Assembly (NCBI GenBank): GCA_038063455.1
Contig: JBBTVB010000004.1
Coordinates: forward strand, 75-64,074
DNA length: 64,000 bases
Direction of reading: 5' to 3'
DNA from: Patescibacteria group bacterium
Lineage (GTDB): Bacteria; Patescibacteriota; Patescibacteriia; PEXW01
Shown: piece after piece, positions 5,887 to 15,534 of the stretch
How positions within the stretch are numbered: the stretch's first letter is position 1
Layout of the letters: every line of letters begins with the position of its first letter
Notes under the pieces: model-generated
Database searches by the model: none
The model's input: only the letters and a program-made list of their open reading frames with translations
What the model was told of the DNA's origin: nothing
Position numbers and translations under genes: made by a program

Positions 5887-8541
5887 CTACCCTCTCCCCA
5901 CAATCTTATCCACGTCTTCCATTTTTACGGAGAGGAGCTTGGAGACACCGTCATCGCCCATGGTTACACCGTAGAGCAGAGCAGCACGCTGCATGGTGGC
6001 GCGGTTGTGAGTAATGGTAATGAACTGGGTCTTGTGCGCCAGCTTTTCCAAAATCTGCGCAAAACGGATGGAGTTGGATTCGTCCAAGGCCGCGTCCACT
6101 TCGTCGAGCACGACGAATGGGGAAGGATTGGAAGCCAGGATGGCGCAGATAAGGGCGATGGAGGTAAGCGCGCGCTCACCACCCGAGAGCATGGCAATGC
6201 CCTTGAGGCGCTTGCCAGGTGGCGTGCCGTAAATTTCTACACCGGTGACTACCTTCTCACCTTTGGGTTTTGGTCCGGCACTGAGCATCTCATCTTCGTC
6301 CTCGTCATCATCGTCTTCGTCGCCCGGCACGACGTCGGGCAAGACTTCTTCTTTCACCAGTTCGATGCTGGCATGCCCGCCGTTGAAAAGGGTCTTGAAG
6401 TACTTGCTAAACTCCGTAGCAATTTTTTCAAAGCTCGCTTCAAAGCGCTCCTTAATAATCTTCTCCAATTTCTGGATGGCGACTTCCAAATCTTCCGCGG
6501 CTCGGGTCAAGTCTGCAACTTGGGTAGTTAAAAAGGTGTACCGCTCGTTCGTGTCTTTGTACTCCTGCTGCGCGTTGTCATCTATGCCGCCAATGAGTTC
6601 CAGGGCGTGCTTGGCTTTGGCAATCTCTTGTTCGGATGCGGAAAGGTCGACGGTCGGGGCTTTGGCTGCTTTTTCCACGCGCTCGGCCAACTCGGCCGGC
6701 AGCTCGGCGCGGATTTCGCGCAGCGCATCTTCTTCGCGGGTTTCTAAGCGGGCCACCTCCACCCGGAAGTCTGCTAGCACTGCTTCGGCTTCTCGCACGA
6801 CGTCTTGCGCGTGTCGCGCATCTTTTTGAAGAGCGAAAAGCGTATCACGCTTGGTTTGCTCCGCGTGGTTGAACTGGTCAATATCTTTACGCGCGGCGGC
6901 GAGTTGGGTGTCCACGTGCGCTAATTGCGCGTCGGTTTCGGCTTGAGCCGAAGCGACCATGGTGTCCGCATCAGTTTTAGAAGTGGGTTTGAGTGCAGCA
7001 AACTTAAACTCGCGGGATACTTTGACGAGCTCATCGTTAATTCGCACAGCACTGCGTTCTAATTCGTTAAAACGCTCATCAAGAATCCGTTTTTCGGAGT
7101 TGACCTCGCTGGCGCTGCTAGCCGCCACTTCTTTCCGCTTCATGGTGTCGTGCAAGCGGTGCTGTAAATCCAAAAGCTCAGCCGGATCGACGCTGGGCGC
7201 CTGGGTTTGCACTTTGCGAATAAACTTCTCGGCATCACTCTCCAAACGCTGAGCTTCGCGCTTGAGGGCGGCAAATTCTTCCGGGGTGGCCGCGTTGCGC
7301 ACGGCACCCAAAAACTTCTGGTGGTGGGTGACCACCTCGGTAACTTCTTTGGCCAAGTCAGGAAGCGTCATGGTCGTCCGCGTCTTCAGCGCGTGTTCGG
7401 CTTTGAGCAAACTCCCTTCGATGTGTTTGAGCTCTGTGGCGAGCTGCTCGGCTTGGTGTGCTGCCGCCTGCACTTGAGCATCGAGCTTCTGCAACTTGCC
7501 CCGCAAGGTTTCTTGGTCTTCGGTGTTGTGCGCCAGCTGCGACTCTAACTCTGCCTGCCGGGTAGTTAACCAGGCAACGTTGCTCTGGCCGGCCTGTGCC
7601 ATGGTAGCCGCAATTTTACCGGCTAGGGCTGCCCGGTCGGTAAGCAAGCGATTCCGTTGGTCCACCAACTGCTGGTACGTACGCTGCAATTGCGTAAACG
7701 CTTCCTGGCGGGATGCCCCGCGCTCTTCGAGGTCTAGTTTTTTCTGAATGCTATGCACTTTGTCCAATGCGGTCTCTTGCACTTTTTCGGCATCCACAAC
7801 TTTTTCCCGCACGCCTTCGAGCTCATCGCGTAAAGTCACGAGTTTAAAAGTGTACGCACCAACTTGGTGCTGGCGCAGGCCTTTTTGAATTTCCTCGCGC
7901 TCGCCTAAGCGTTTTACCTGCCGCGTTAAGGAACGGAGACGCGGGTGGATTTCGTCGATGAGCAGCTGGGCCTGGGCCAAGTTCTCCCGCGTGGCTGCCA
8001 ATTTGTGCTCAGCCTGTTCACGCTTCATTTGGTGTGGCCGCACGCCCGCGGCCTCGTCAAAAAACTCCTTGCGCTCGCGGGGGCTGGCAACCAAAACCGC
8101 ATCTACCATGTTCTGGCCGATAACCGAGTACGTCCGCTGGCCAATGTTGGACTTGGCCAAAAGCATCTGGATGTCGCCCAGCCGGCTCGCCGCACCGTTA
8201 ACCAAGTACTCAGAGGTTCCGTCTTTATAGACGCGGCGCGTTACCGAGAACTTGTCATAATCTATAGCGGCTTTGCCTTCGCGGTTGTCTAGCGTCAGCG
8301 TGACTTCGGCCGCACCCAGCTTGGTCTTCTTATCCGAACCGGCAAAAATAACGTCCTCGCTCTTTTTACCGCGCAAAAGCTTGAGCGATTGCTCGCCCAA
8401 CACCCACCGGATGGCGTCGGCAATATTGGACTTGCCCGAACCATTGGGGCCAACCACGGCGGCAATGCCGCGCTTGAATTCGAGGGTGGTTTTATGGGCG
8501 AAAGACTTGAAACCCTGGATATCCAGCTGCTCGAGGTACAT
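5887..8541 (-). CDS. smc: SMC-family chromosome condensation ATPase, short form without a recognisable hinge
   Basis: MYLEQLDIQGFKSF...GPNGSGKSN Walker A head. C-terminal LSGGERALTSIAL...VVLDEVDAALD. Start ATG 8541 fits a promoter at 8574-8602. Confidence 0.88.
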   Translation of the reverse strand: MYLEQLDIQGFKSFAHKTTLEFKRGIAAVVGPNGSGKSNIADAIRWVLGEQSLKLLRGKKSEDVIFAGSDKKTKLGAAEVTLTLDNREGKAAIDYDKFSVTRRVYKDGTSEYLVNGAASRLGDIQMLLAKSNIGQRTYSVIGQNMVDAVLVASPRERKEFFDEAAGVRPHQMKREQAEHKLAATRENLAQAQLLIDEIHPRLRSLTRQVKRLGEREEIQKGLRQHQVGAYTFKLVTLRDELEGVREKVVDAEKVQETALDKVHSIQKKLDLEERGASRQEAFTQLQRTYQQLVDQRNRLLTDRAALAGKIAATMAQAGQSNVAWLTTRQAELESQLAHNTEDQETLRGKLQKLDAQVQAAAHQAEQLATELKHIEGSLLKAEHALKTRTTMTLPDLAKEVTEVVTHHQKFLGAVRNAATPEEFAALKREAQRLESDAEKFIRKVQTQAPSVDPAELLDLQHRLHDTMKRKEVAASSASEVNSEKRILDERFNELERSAVRINDELVKVSREFKFAALKPTSKTDADTMVASAQAETDAQLAHVDTQLAAARKDIDQFNHAEQTKRDTLFALQKDARHAQDVVREAEAVLADFRVEVARLETREEDALREIRAELPAELAERVEKAAKAPTVDLSASEQEIAKAKHALELIGGIDDNAQQEYKDTNERYTFLTTQVADLTRAAEDLEVAIQKLEKIIKERFEASFEKIATEFSKYFKTLFNGGHASIELVKEEVLPDVVPGDEDDDDEDEDEMLSAGPKPKGEKVVTGVEIYGTPPGKRLKGIAMLSGGERALTSIALICAILASNPSPFVVLDEVDAALDESNSIRFAQILEKLAHKTQFITITHNRATMQRAALLYGVTMGDDGVSKLLSVKMEDVDKIVGRG

Positions 8542-8573
8542 TGGGTACAGCAAAAACAACGCGAAGTAGCTGT

Positions 8574-8602
8574 ATTCTATCAGTCTAACCACGCTTTATC
8601 AA
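8574..8602 (-). promoter_or_regulatory. Sigma70-like promoter of smc (TTGATA-N17-TAGAAT)
   Basis: Read on the minus strand; the -10 ends about 32 nt upstream of ATG 8541. Confidence 0.45.
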
Positions 8603-8811
8603 CAAAACTTGACGTCGAATATGCAAATCCGTATGGTTAGCAGCAAATACGCGCGAAGGTTGCAGTACTTGTAAATTCCGTGATCGGCGTATTGGGCCTC
8701 TCTTTCTACGCCGACGCAAAGGCCACGTCGTCGCGACGGCGTGGCTCTTTTTTCTTGACGCATGGCCAGCCCGGGCATAGCCTTGAAAGGTAGCCAAAAA
8801 GAGGAGAAAAA

Positions 8812-9000
8812 GTGATGAAAATGGTACTAGGGTTTTCGCTCGCCTTTGCAGTGCTCATTCTGGCGATAGGCCACAGCCTGTATTCCATGCGCCGACGCAA
8901 AGGCGAAACACCAGTAAATTGTGGCTGCCCGTTAGACGCAAAATCTGCAGGGCCCACCTACGACGCGCACTGCCTGCACAACCCCAGCAAAGTACATTAA
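8812..9000 (+). CDS. Small membrane protein with C-terminal Cys/His motif (CGCP...HCLH)
   Basis: GAGGAG SD at 8801-8806. One TM helix. Followed by a strong terminator. Confidence 0.5.
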   Translation: MMKMVLGFSLAFAVLILAIGHSLYSMRRRKGETPVNCGCPLDAKSAGPTYDAHCLHNPSKVH

Positions 9001-9002
9001 GA

Positions 9003-9035
9003 AAACCGACCAGTGGTGTATGGTCGGTTTTTTTA
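9003..9035. terminator. Bidirectional hairpin terminator between convergent genes
   Basis: AAAACCGACCAgtggtgtaTGGTCGGTTTTTTT, with an A-run on one side and a T-run on the other. Confidence 0.7.
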
Positions 9036-9043
9036 AATGTGCG

Positions 9044-9697
9044 TTACACTCTTTGTGGCTGACCGTGCATGAAAACCTGCTCTGCTCCGGCGCCGTGTTC
9101 TGTGCTCAATGGGATGCCCGCTTTACAAGACACGCAATGCTCTCGATCTGGGTATGTCGGCATGGGGTGATGAAAGATTGTGTCGAAACGTAAACAGGCG
9201 CCGTTGTAGTCGAATTCCTTAAGGTTCGTTTCTGTACGATTAAGGATAACGCCAATTCTGTTGGGTTTTCCGCCATGCTGCTCTACAAGAGCCGCGAGTT
9301 TTCTAATCGTGCTGCCCGAGACAAATACATCATCAACAATCATAATCTCTCGACCCGCAATCATCTGCCCTTGATTACGATTCAACTGTAGCACTCCACC
9401 TCGGCCTTCTTCAGCGTACGCCCAAGGGATACCCAGATGATAAGCCAGAAGTGTTGCAAAATTGCCGCCACAGCCAATGCCTACAATAGCTCTCTCGTCG
9501 GGTTCGAGGCTGGCAAATGGATATGTTGTTGGCCGAAGCTGGTCAACAACCCAATCTATTTGTTCTCTGGTCATTAGGGCGGGAATGAAACTGGCATAGA
9601 CTTTGGTATGCATGCCGTTTCCCATAGCGATGTGTGCGTCATAACGAATAAGTCCAGCTCTTTCCATGGCTGCCCAGACCAATGCTTTCGTCAACAA
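9044..9697 (-). CDS. Phosphoribosyltransferase-family protein (OPRT-like), C-terminal CxxC
   Basis: PRPP-binding motif IMIVDDVFVSGSTIRK. TTG start with AGGAGG 6 nt upstream. Confidence 0.7.
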   Translation of the reverse strand: MLTKALVWAAMERAGLIRYDAHIAMGNGMHTKVYASFIPALMTREQIDWVVDQLRPTTYPFASLEPDERAIVGIGCGGNFATLLAYHLGIPWAYAEEGRGGVLQLNRNQGQMIAGREIMIVDDVFVSGSTIRKLAALVEQHGGKPNRIGVILNRTETNLKEFDYNGACLRFDTIFHHPMPTYPDREHCVSCKAGIPLSTEHGAGAEQVFMHGQPQRV

Positions 9698-9792
9698 AAT
9701 CAGCCTCCTTTCATGAGGTCGAGTTGGTAAAGTACGTTTATGCTTTGTCCGCCAGCTTACGCCAAAGCCGCTAGGTCGTCAAAGGCCCAGAT

Positions 9793-9936
9793 GTCATTGC
9801 GAGGGAGGCCTGTAGCCGACCGCGGCAATCTCGCGTGTATTCTAGCAAGGCATAAAGATTGCTCCCGCCGGCCTCGGCTTCGCCGAAGGCGATGGCGGGC
9901 AGGTCGTCACTGCCACGGGCACATCCTCGTAATGAC
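9793..9936. repeat. 144-bp element with 12-bp terminal inverted repeats (GTCATTGCGAGG / CCTCGTAATGAC) and internal hairpins
   Basis: TIRs match at 11 of 12 positions. Internal GCAATCT/AGATTGC and CCCGCC/GGCGGG stems. Intergenic between rnc and the PRTase gene. Confidence 0.6.
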
Positions 9937-9941
9937 AGATG

Positions 9942-10634
9942 CTACAGCCAAGCCTTCTTCAGCAGGCCTGCTGCGGCGGCGGCCATCTGAGCTTCCTGCT
10001 TGCTGGTGCCTTCGCCCTCGGCCACTTTTTCTTCGCCAATGTGCACGGCCACCACGAACTTTTTGTTGTGGTCTGGGCCGGTTTGGGACATAACTTTGTA
10101 GGTTGGCGTCACACCCAGCTTCTCCTGCGCGGATTCTTGGAACCGGCTCTTGGCGTCACGGGCCAGGTCGTTGTCCATAATGTACTTAAGGCGCGTGAGC
10201 ACGTGGTCCGAAACAAATTTTTCTGCGGCTTTGTAGCCCTGGTCCAGGTAGATGGCGCCCACCACGGCTTCAATGGCATTGGCCAAAATTATTTGCCGGG
10301 CTTTGGACTTGGGGTCGCGGGACTCGCCGCGGGAGAGGTAGAGGTAGTCGCTCATTTCTAAACCGGCCGCAATTTCGGATAACGTCTTGGCGTTCACCAA
10401 GCTTGCGCGCCAGTTGGTAAGCTCGCCTTCCGGGTTGGGGAAAGTGATATACAAATACTCGGTGACGACCAGCTCGAGCACGGCATCGCCCAAAAACTCC
10501 AGCCGCTCGTTGTGAGCCAGGGGGAATTCCGGATGCTCGTTGAGATACGACCGATGGACAAATGCCTGTTTGAGCACTTCGGGATTATCGAAGGTAATGC
10601 CGATGAGCTTTTCAAACTCCTGAAAATTTCGCAT
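9942..10634 (-). CDS. rnc: Ribonuclease III
   Basis: HRSY...NERLEFLGDAVL RNase III signature plus a C-terminal dsRBD. Confidence 0.95.
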   Translation of the reverse strand: MRNFQEFEKLIGITFDNPEVLKQAFVHRSYLNEHPEFPLAHNERLEFLGDAVLELVVTEYLYITFPNPEGELTNWRASLVNAKTLSEIAAGLEMSDYLYLSRGESRDPKSKARQIILANAIEAVVGAIYLDQGYKAAEKFVSDHVLTRLKYIMDNDLARDAKSRFQESAQEKLGVTPTYKVMSQTGPDHNKKFVVAVHIGEEKVAEGEGTSKQEAQMAAAAAGLLKKAWL

Positions 10635-10639
10635 AGCCG

Positions 10640-11167
10640 CTATTCCGTTGTCGGGGGCTGGCTTGCTGCGTCTGCCGTTGTCGTGTTTGGGCCCAGAATT
10701 TTGTTGACGTTCTCGGGGGTAATGAGCTGGCTCTCGGACTGGTGCACTTGGGTCTCAACGGTGTCTTTAAAAATTGAGCCGAGTACGCCGTTCACAAACC
10801 GGCCAGACGACTCGCCACCAAAACTCTTGGCTAGTTCTATAGATTCGTTAATAGCAACCTTGGGTGGTACGTCTGCGCTGGAGTAGCGCAGTTCAAAAAT
10901 ACCTAGACGTAGCACATTACGGTCCACGTTGGTTATCTGGTCCAAAGGCCACTCGGGAGCGTACTGCACGATGAGCTTGTCGATTTCGGGTTGGTGCTTG
11001 AGTACGCCGCGCACCAGACGCAGAGAAAAGTCATGGTCGTCAAAGTCTGGAGCAAATTCCTGCTTGTTCCGTTCTACCAGCGCAATGGGGTCGGCTTGGT
11101 GGCTATTAAAATCCCACTCGAACAAAGATTGCAGGGCAATCGTTCGAGCCAGGTGGCGGTTGGACAT
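10640..11167 (-). CDS. nusB: Transcription antitermination factor NusB with C-terminal extension
   Basis: [14 protein letters not shown]...LRLGIFEL...[13 protein letters not shown] is NusB-like. Confidence 0.85.
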   Translation of the reverse strand: MSNRHLARTIALQSLFEWDFNSHQADPIALVERNKQEFAPDFDDHDFSLRLVRGVLKHQPEIDKLIVQYAPEWPLDQITNVDRNVLRLGIFELRYSSADVPPKVAINESIELAKSFGGESSGRFVNGVLGSIFKDTVETQVHQSESQLITPENVNKILGPNTTTADAASQPPTTE

Positions 11168-11170
11168 AGG

Positions 11171-11407
11171 TTAGGCGTTAGCCTCTTTCTTCTGCTTGCG
11201 CTTGTGGCGCACGGCATGGCGTTCTTCTCGTGCCTTGAGCTTGAGGACATCTTTCCCAGCGTAAAAACCGCAATTGGCACACACGCGGTGCGGCCGAATG
11301 GGGTGCTTGCACTTAGGGCATACCGCCAAGGTCATGGCCTTGAGGGCAAAGTGGGCGGCGCGTTCGCGCTTAGATTGTTTGGTGCGGCGTTTGGCAGGAA
11401 GACCCAT
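11171..11407 (-). CDS. rpmF: 50S ribosomal protein L32 with basic C-terminal tail
   Basis: KRRTKQSKRERAAH...CPKCKHPIRPHRVCANCGFY is the L32 zinc ribbon. Confidence 0.9.
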   Translation of the reverse strand: MGLPAKRRTKQSKRERAAHFALKAMTLAVCPKCKHPIRPHRVCANCGFYAGKDVLKLKAREERHAVRHKRKQKKEANA

Positions 11408-11476
11408 AGGGACAGTACGTTACCAGAGAAGTGAGCTACTGTCTATCCTACGGAAAAACCCTGGAGTGGGCAAGGG

Positions 11477-11505
11477 TTGACAAAAAAGGCTTACAGGGCT
11501 AGGGT
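11477..11505 (+). promoter_or_regulatory. Sigma70-like promoter (TTGACA-N17-TAGGGT) of response regulator 1
   Basis: Hexamers and spacing read directly. GGAGG SD precedes ATG 11558. Confidence 0.5.
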
Positions 11506-11557
11506 ACGGTGTTAGGATTGAAGAAACACAAATACATCTACAGCCAATGGAGGTGCT

Positions 11558-11935
11558 ATGTCGAAAGGAAAAGCGCTCGTTGTTGATGACGAATGGAGTT
11601 TGCGAGAACTAGTCCAGCAAACCCTAGAGTATGAGGATTTTGAAGTAGTGACGGCCATTGATGGTCAAGATGCTTTGGAAAGGTTCCAAAGCGAAGGACC
11701 GTTTCTAGTGGTGGTCACCGATCTGGAAATGCCCAACCTCACTGGGCCCGAATTGATAAAAAAAATTCGTGAAATCAACCCAAGCCAACCAATTCTCTTG
11801 CTCTCTGGAAATAACTCAAAACGAGTAGCAGCAGAAGCAGCTCTGGGGGTTCCGAGCTTGCTCAAGCCGTATACCCTCGTGAGACTCATACAAAACATTG
11901 ACCAAATACTGCAGCCCGTCCCGGCTGCGCACTAG
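11558..11935 (+). CDS. Single-domain (CheY-like) response regulator
   Basis: The DD (VVDDEW), phospho-acceptor D (VVVTDLEMP), S (LLLSG) and KP (LLKPY) positions are all present. No output domain. Confidence 0.88.
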   Translation: MSKGKALVVDDEWSLRELVQQTLEYEDFEVVTAIDGQDALERFQSEGPFLVVVTDLEMPNLTGPELIKKIREINPSQPILLLSGNNSKRVAAEAALGVPSLLKPYTLVRLIQNIDQILQPVPAAH

Positions 11936-12051
11936 GTCAGAGCACGGTCAAATACAGCCCCGCCCCTGCATAATAGTGGCGGGTCTTTTTTATCCATAAA
12001 AAATAATGAGGCCGAAGCATGCTTCGACCTCTGTACTCTACGATTTTCTTA

Positions 12052-12318
12052 CTATTTTGGAGTGACCTTATGTACTTTGGTCCCCTGTCCAAATGAAAAA
12101 CGCTTTTCTCCGAACTTACCAACCACATGGCATTGCTGGTTGCTAGTGTGAAATCTAGGAAGCTCCAGCGTAATGCGTGGTGTATTTGGTGACGCCAAGC
12201 ACCTTTCTGAACTTCGGGGCTGGAATCTGGGCTCTACCGTGACGGTAGCTATAGCAGTACCCAGCTCCGGAACATAATTTTTGCAAAGTTCCAAAACAGA
12301 AAGAACCTTGTTCGACAT
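12052..12318 (-). CDS. Hypothetical protein (88 aa)
   Basis: GGAGG lies 6 nt before ATG 12318. Hairpin GAGGTCGAAGCATGCTTCGGCCTC plus T-run lies downstream. No family recognised. Confidence 0.45.
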   Translation of the reverse strand: MSNKVLSVLELCKNYVPELGTAIATVTVEPRFQPRSSERCLASPNTPRITLELPRFHTSNQQCHVVGKFGEKRFSFGQGTKVHKVTPK

Positions 12319-12425
12319 AGTTGTCCTCCATGAACCTGTAGTTTGTAATTTTTGTTTACATCCCAATCTATATCCTTTATAGCGACTTGTCAAGAGGGGG
12401 CAGATTTATCCTTGGGCCCTAAGGC

Positions 12426-12454
12426 TTGACATCGAGACAAGAATATCTTAGGTT
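12426..12454 (+). promoter_or_regulatory. Sigma70-like promoter (TTGACA-N17-TAGGTT) of response regulator 2
   Basis: Same architecture as the 11477 promoter. AAGGAG SD precedes ATG 12503. Confidence 0.5.
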
Positions 12455-12502
12455 CACTGGCTAGACAAAAGACTACCGCGCCTTACAACCAAGGAGAACA
12501 AC

Positions 12503-12856
12503 ATGTCAGACATTCACATTCTGATTGTCGACGACGAAGAGGTTATTCGCGACCTGCTACAACGTGTGCTCAACGCGTACACGCTAACCTTTGCGGTTGA
12601 TGGAATCGACGGGCTGGAGAAGTATAGAGTGCGCCGATACGATCTAGTCATTACGGATTATACTATGCCCGGGCGCAACGGTTTGGAGCTGGCTGAAGAA
12701 ATGCAAAAAGTGCATCCTCACCAACGTATCCTTTTGCTTTCCTCAAACTCCGCTGAGGTGCTGGCGGAAGCAAGGAGTCAAAAGGTATTTACTATGCTCA
12801 GGCCTTTCAGTGTGAACCAGCTGCAACAGCAGGTTGCCGAACTCCTCACGCCGTGA
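12503..12856 (+). CDS. Single-domain response regulator; conserved Lys position reads Arg (MLRPF)
   Basis: IVDDEE, LVITDYTMP and LLLSS receiver motifs. No output domain. Confidence 0.85.
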   Translation: MSDIHILIVDDEEVIRDLLQRVLNAYTLTFAVDGIDGLEKYRVRRYDLVITDYTMPGRNGLELAEEMQKVHPHQRILLLSSNSAEVLAEARSQKVFTMLRPFSVNQLQQQVAELLTP

Positions 12857-12922
12857 CAAAAATCTCAACTCGCCCGCCCCCCAGCATATGGAGGCGGGTT
12901 TTTCTTATCTTGCATTGCTCCT

Positions 12923-12978
12923 GTAGGGGTCAAGCTTGCTTGACCCAAAAGAAAAGGCGGAGCAAGCTCCGCCCCTAC
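12923..12978. repeat. Three-stem structured element, copy 2 (P1 GTAGG/CCTAC, P2 GGTCAAG-cttg-CTTGACC, P3 GGCGGAG-caag-CTCCGCC)
   Basis: Same architecture as 2447-2528, with paired (compensatory) substitutions in P2 and P3. Confidence 0.7.
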
Positions 12979-12993
12979 GGCCGATAAAAATGA

Positions 12994-15534
12994 CTACACA
13001 AACGTCACGCTCGCAACTGAGTCTTTTACTTCTTTAAAACGCATCAGGCGCACGCCTTGGGTGTCGCGGCCGAGCACCGAAACTTGTTTCAGAGGCAGAC
13101 GGATGACCTGGCCGTTATCAGACATGATGACCAAGTCTTCTGTCTCGCGCTTAGCGTTGACGATAAAGGCCTCAACGATCTTGCCGGTCTTCTCGGTAAT
13201 CTTGGCAGTCTTAATGCCGCTACCGCCACGGCCCTGACGTCGGTACTCTTTGAGCGAAGTGCGCTTGCCATAACCGTTGGTCATAATTACCAAAAGTTGT
13301 TCGGTTTTGGCTTCGGCTCCGTCGGGAATAATATCCATGCCAGCCAGGATGTCGCCGCGCTTCAGGTTCATGCCGCGCACGCCCGACGCGTTGCGACCCA
13401 TAGGCCGGATGAGCTTCTCGGGGAAGCGGATACTCTGCCCATTAGCGGACACCAGAATAACGTCGTCCTTGCTGCTGCTGGGCTTTACCCATTCCAGTCG
13501 GTCTTCAGGTTTCAGCTTCATGGCAATAAGGCCCGAACGGCGCACGTCTTTAAACGCGGTGAGTTCAACTTTTTTAATAGTGCCTTGGCGCGTGAGCATG
13601 ACCAGGAATTTTTCTTCGGCCAGTTCGGCCAGCGAGAGCACAGCTGAAACTTTTTCTTCTGGCCCCAGCTGTAAGAAGTTGACCACGGCCTGACCCTTGG
13701 AGGTACGAGAAGCTACAGGTACGTCGTAGGCTTTTAGCTGGAACACTCGGCCGCGCGTGGTAAAGAAGAGTAAGTCGGCGTGCGTCATGGTGGCAAAGAG
13801 TTGCTCAACGCTATCTTCTTCTTTTGTGGTTAGGCCAATAACACCTTTGCCGCCGCGGGTTTGGGTCTTAAACGTTTCGGGTGGTACGCGCTTCACGTAG
13901 CCATCACGCGTGAGCATGACCACGGTGGCTTCATTTGGAATAAGGTCTTCGGCCTTAAACTCGCCAACCGGGTTGGGGTTCACTACGGTCTTACGCTCGT
14001 CGCCGTGGTCGGCCTTGAGTTGTAGTACTTCTTTGGCCACCACTTTGCGGATTTTCTTGGGGGAGGCGAGCAGCTCTTCCAACTCTTTAATAATTGTCAA
14101 CTTCTCTTTAAGTTCTTGTTCAATCTTCAGGCGTTCTAGGTTGGCCAGCTGCTGCAAGCGCATTTCCAAAATGGCCGTGGCCTGAATTTCCGAAAGCTTG
14201 AACTGCTTCATCAAGTTGACGCGGGCCTCGTCTTTGTCTTTGGACTTTTTAATAAGGCGGATGACGGCGTCGATGTTGTCCGTGGCAATCTTGAGGCCTT
14301 TGAGAATGTGGACGCGCTCTTTGGTGCGGTCCAGGTCGTACTGCGTGCGGCGGCGCACCACAATCTCGCGGTGCATAATGTACTGCTCCAAAACATTCTT
14401 CAGGTTGAGCACGCGCGGCTGCACGCCGTCTACCAAGGCCAACATGTTCACGTGGAATGTGGTTTGCAAATCCGTCACGTCATACAGCTTGTTGAGGACT
14501 TTCTTGGGGTAGGCATCGCGCTTGAGCTCGATAACCACGCGCACGCCGTCTTTGTCCGACTCGTCGCGCAAGTCCCGAATGCCTTCCAGCTTTTTATCCC
14601 GTACCAGTTCGGCAATTTTCTCGAGCAGCGATGCTTTATTTACCTGGTACGGAATCTCGGTAACGATAATGTGAAACGAGCCATTTTTCGTTTCAATAAT
14701 TTCGGTTTTGGCGCGCATCACAATGGCGCCCTTACCCGTGGAGTAGGCGGCTTCAATCTCTTTTTTATCGTAGATGGTGCCGCCCGTAGGGAAGTCCGGG
14801 CCGGTCACATGCCGCATGAGCTCGTCCACCGTGGCGTCTGGGTTCTCGATAAGCAGGGCAATGGCGTCGCACACTTCGGACAAGTTGTGCGGCGGGATGC
14901 TGGTGGCCATACCCACGGCAATACCCACGGCGCCGTTCACCAACAGGTTCGGTAATAGGGCAGGCAACACGCTGGGTTCGTCCTTGGTGCCGTCGTAGTT
15001 TGGAATAAAGTCGACGGTGTTCTTATCAATATCCAGCAGCATGGCCTGGCTGATCTTGGCGAGCTTCGCTTCGGTGTACCGCATGGCGGCCGCGCGGTCG
15101 CCGTCCATAGAGCCGAAGTTACCTTGCCCGTCGACCAGCTGGTAGCGCATGGCAAAATCTTGTGCCAAGCGCACCATGGTTTCGTACACCGCCGAGTCGC
15201 CGTGCGGGTGGTACTTACCCAGCACTTCACCAACCACCGTGGCCGACTTGCGGTACTTGGCGGTGTAGGTTAGGCCTAGCTCTTTCATGGCGAACAGGAT
15301 ACGTCGATGCACAGGCTTCATGCCGTCGCGCACGTCGGGCAGGGCGCGCGCAATAATAACCGACATGGCGTAGTCCAAATAGGACTCCTGCATTTCCGTC
15401 ACAATCGGCCGGGCTTCCAGCTTACCCACGCGCGTTAGCGCCGCAATGGCTGGCTGGCTTGGGGCGTCGGTTGCTTTTGGCTTTTCGGCTGAAGCTGGCT
15501 TGCTCGATTTCTTAGGTGGCATTGGTATTTCCAT
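12994..15534 (-). CDS. gyrA: DNA gyrase subunit A (N-terminal Lys/Pro-rich extension; start may be 15522)
   Basis: [27 protein letters not shown]...YHPHGD...AAMRYTE active-site region and C-terminal beta-pinwheel repeats. Confidence 0.95.
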   Translation of the reverse strand: MEIPMPPKKSSKPASAEKPKATDAPSQPAIAALTRVGKLEARPIVTEMQESYLDYAMSVIIARALPDVRDGMKPVHRRILFAMKELGLTYTAKYRKSATVVGEVLGKYHPHGDSAVYETMVRLAQDFAMRYQLVDGQGNFGSMDGDRAAAMRYTEAKLAKISQAMLLDIDKNTVDFIPNYDGTKDEPSVLPALLPNLLVNGAVGIAVGMATSIPPHNLSEVCDAIALLIENPDATVDELMRHVTGPDFPTGGTIYDKKEIEAAYSTGKGAIVMRAKTEIIETKNGSFHIIVTEIPYQVNKASLLEKIAELVRDKKLEGIRDLRDESDKDGVRVVIELKRDAYPKKVLNKLYDVTDLQTTFHVNMLALVDGVQPRVLNLKNVLEQYIMHREIVVRRRTQYDLDRTKERVHILKGLKIATDNIDAVIRLIKKSKDKDEARVNLMKQFKLSEIQATAILEMRLQQLANLERLKIEQELKEKLTIIKELEELLASPKKIRKVVAKEVLQLKADHGDERKTVVNPNPVGEFKAEDLIPNEATVVMLTRDGYVKRVPPETFKTQTRGGKGVIGLTTKEEDSVEQLFATMTHADLLFFTTRGRVFQLKAYDVPVASRTSKGQAVVNFLQLGPEEKVSAVLSLAELAEEKFLVMLTRQGTIKKVELTAFKDVRRSGLIAMKLKPEDRLEWVKPSSSKDDVILVSANGQSIRFPEKLIRPMGRNASGVRGMNLKRGDILAGMDIIPDGAEAKTEQLLVIMTNGYGKRTSLKEYRRQGRGGSGIKTAKITEKTGKIVEAFIVNAKRETEDLVIMSDNGQVIRLPLKQVSVLGRDTQGVRLMRFKEVKDSVASVTFV

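Noticed and set aside
12052-12393. The 113-aa form of the ORF between the two response regulators.
   Set aside because: The upstream 25 codons lack a ribosome-binding site, whereas ATG 12318 has GGAGG at optimal spacing. The shorter 88-aa form was annotated, and even that has only moderate confidence.
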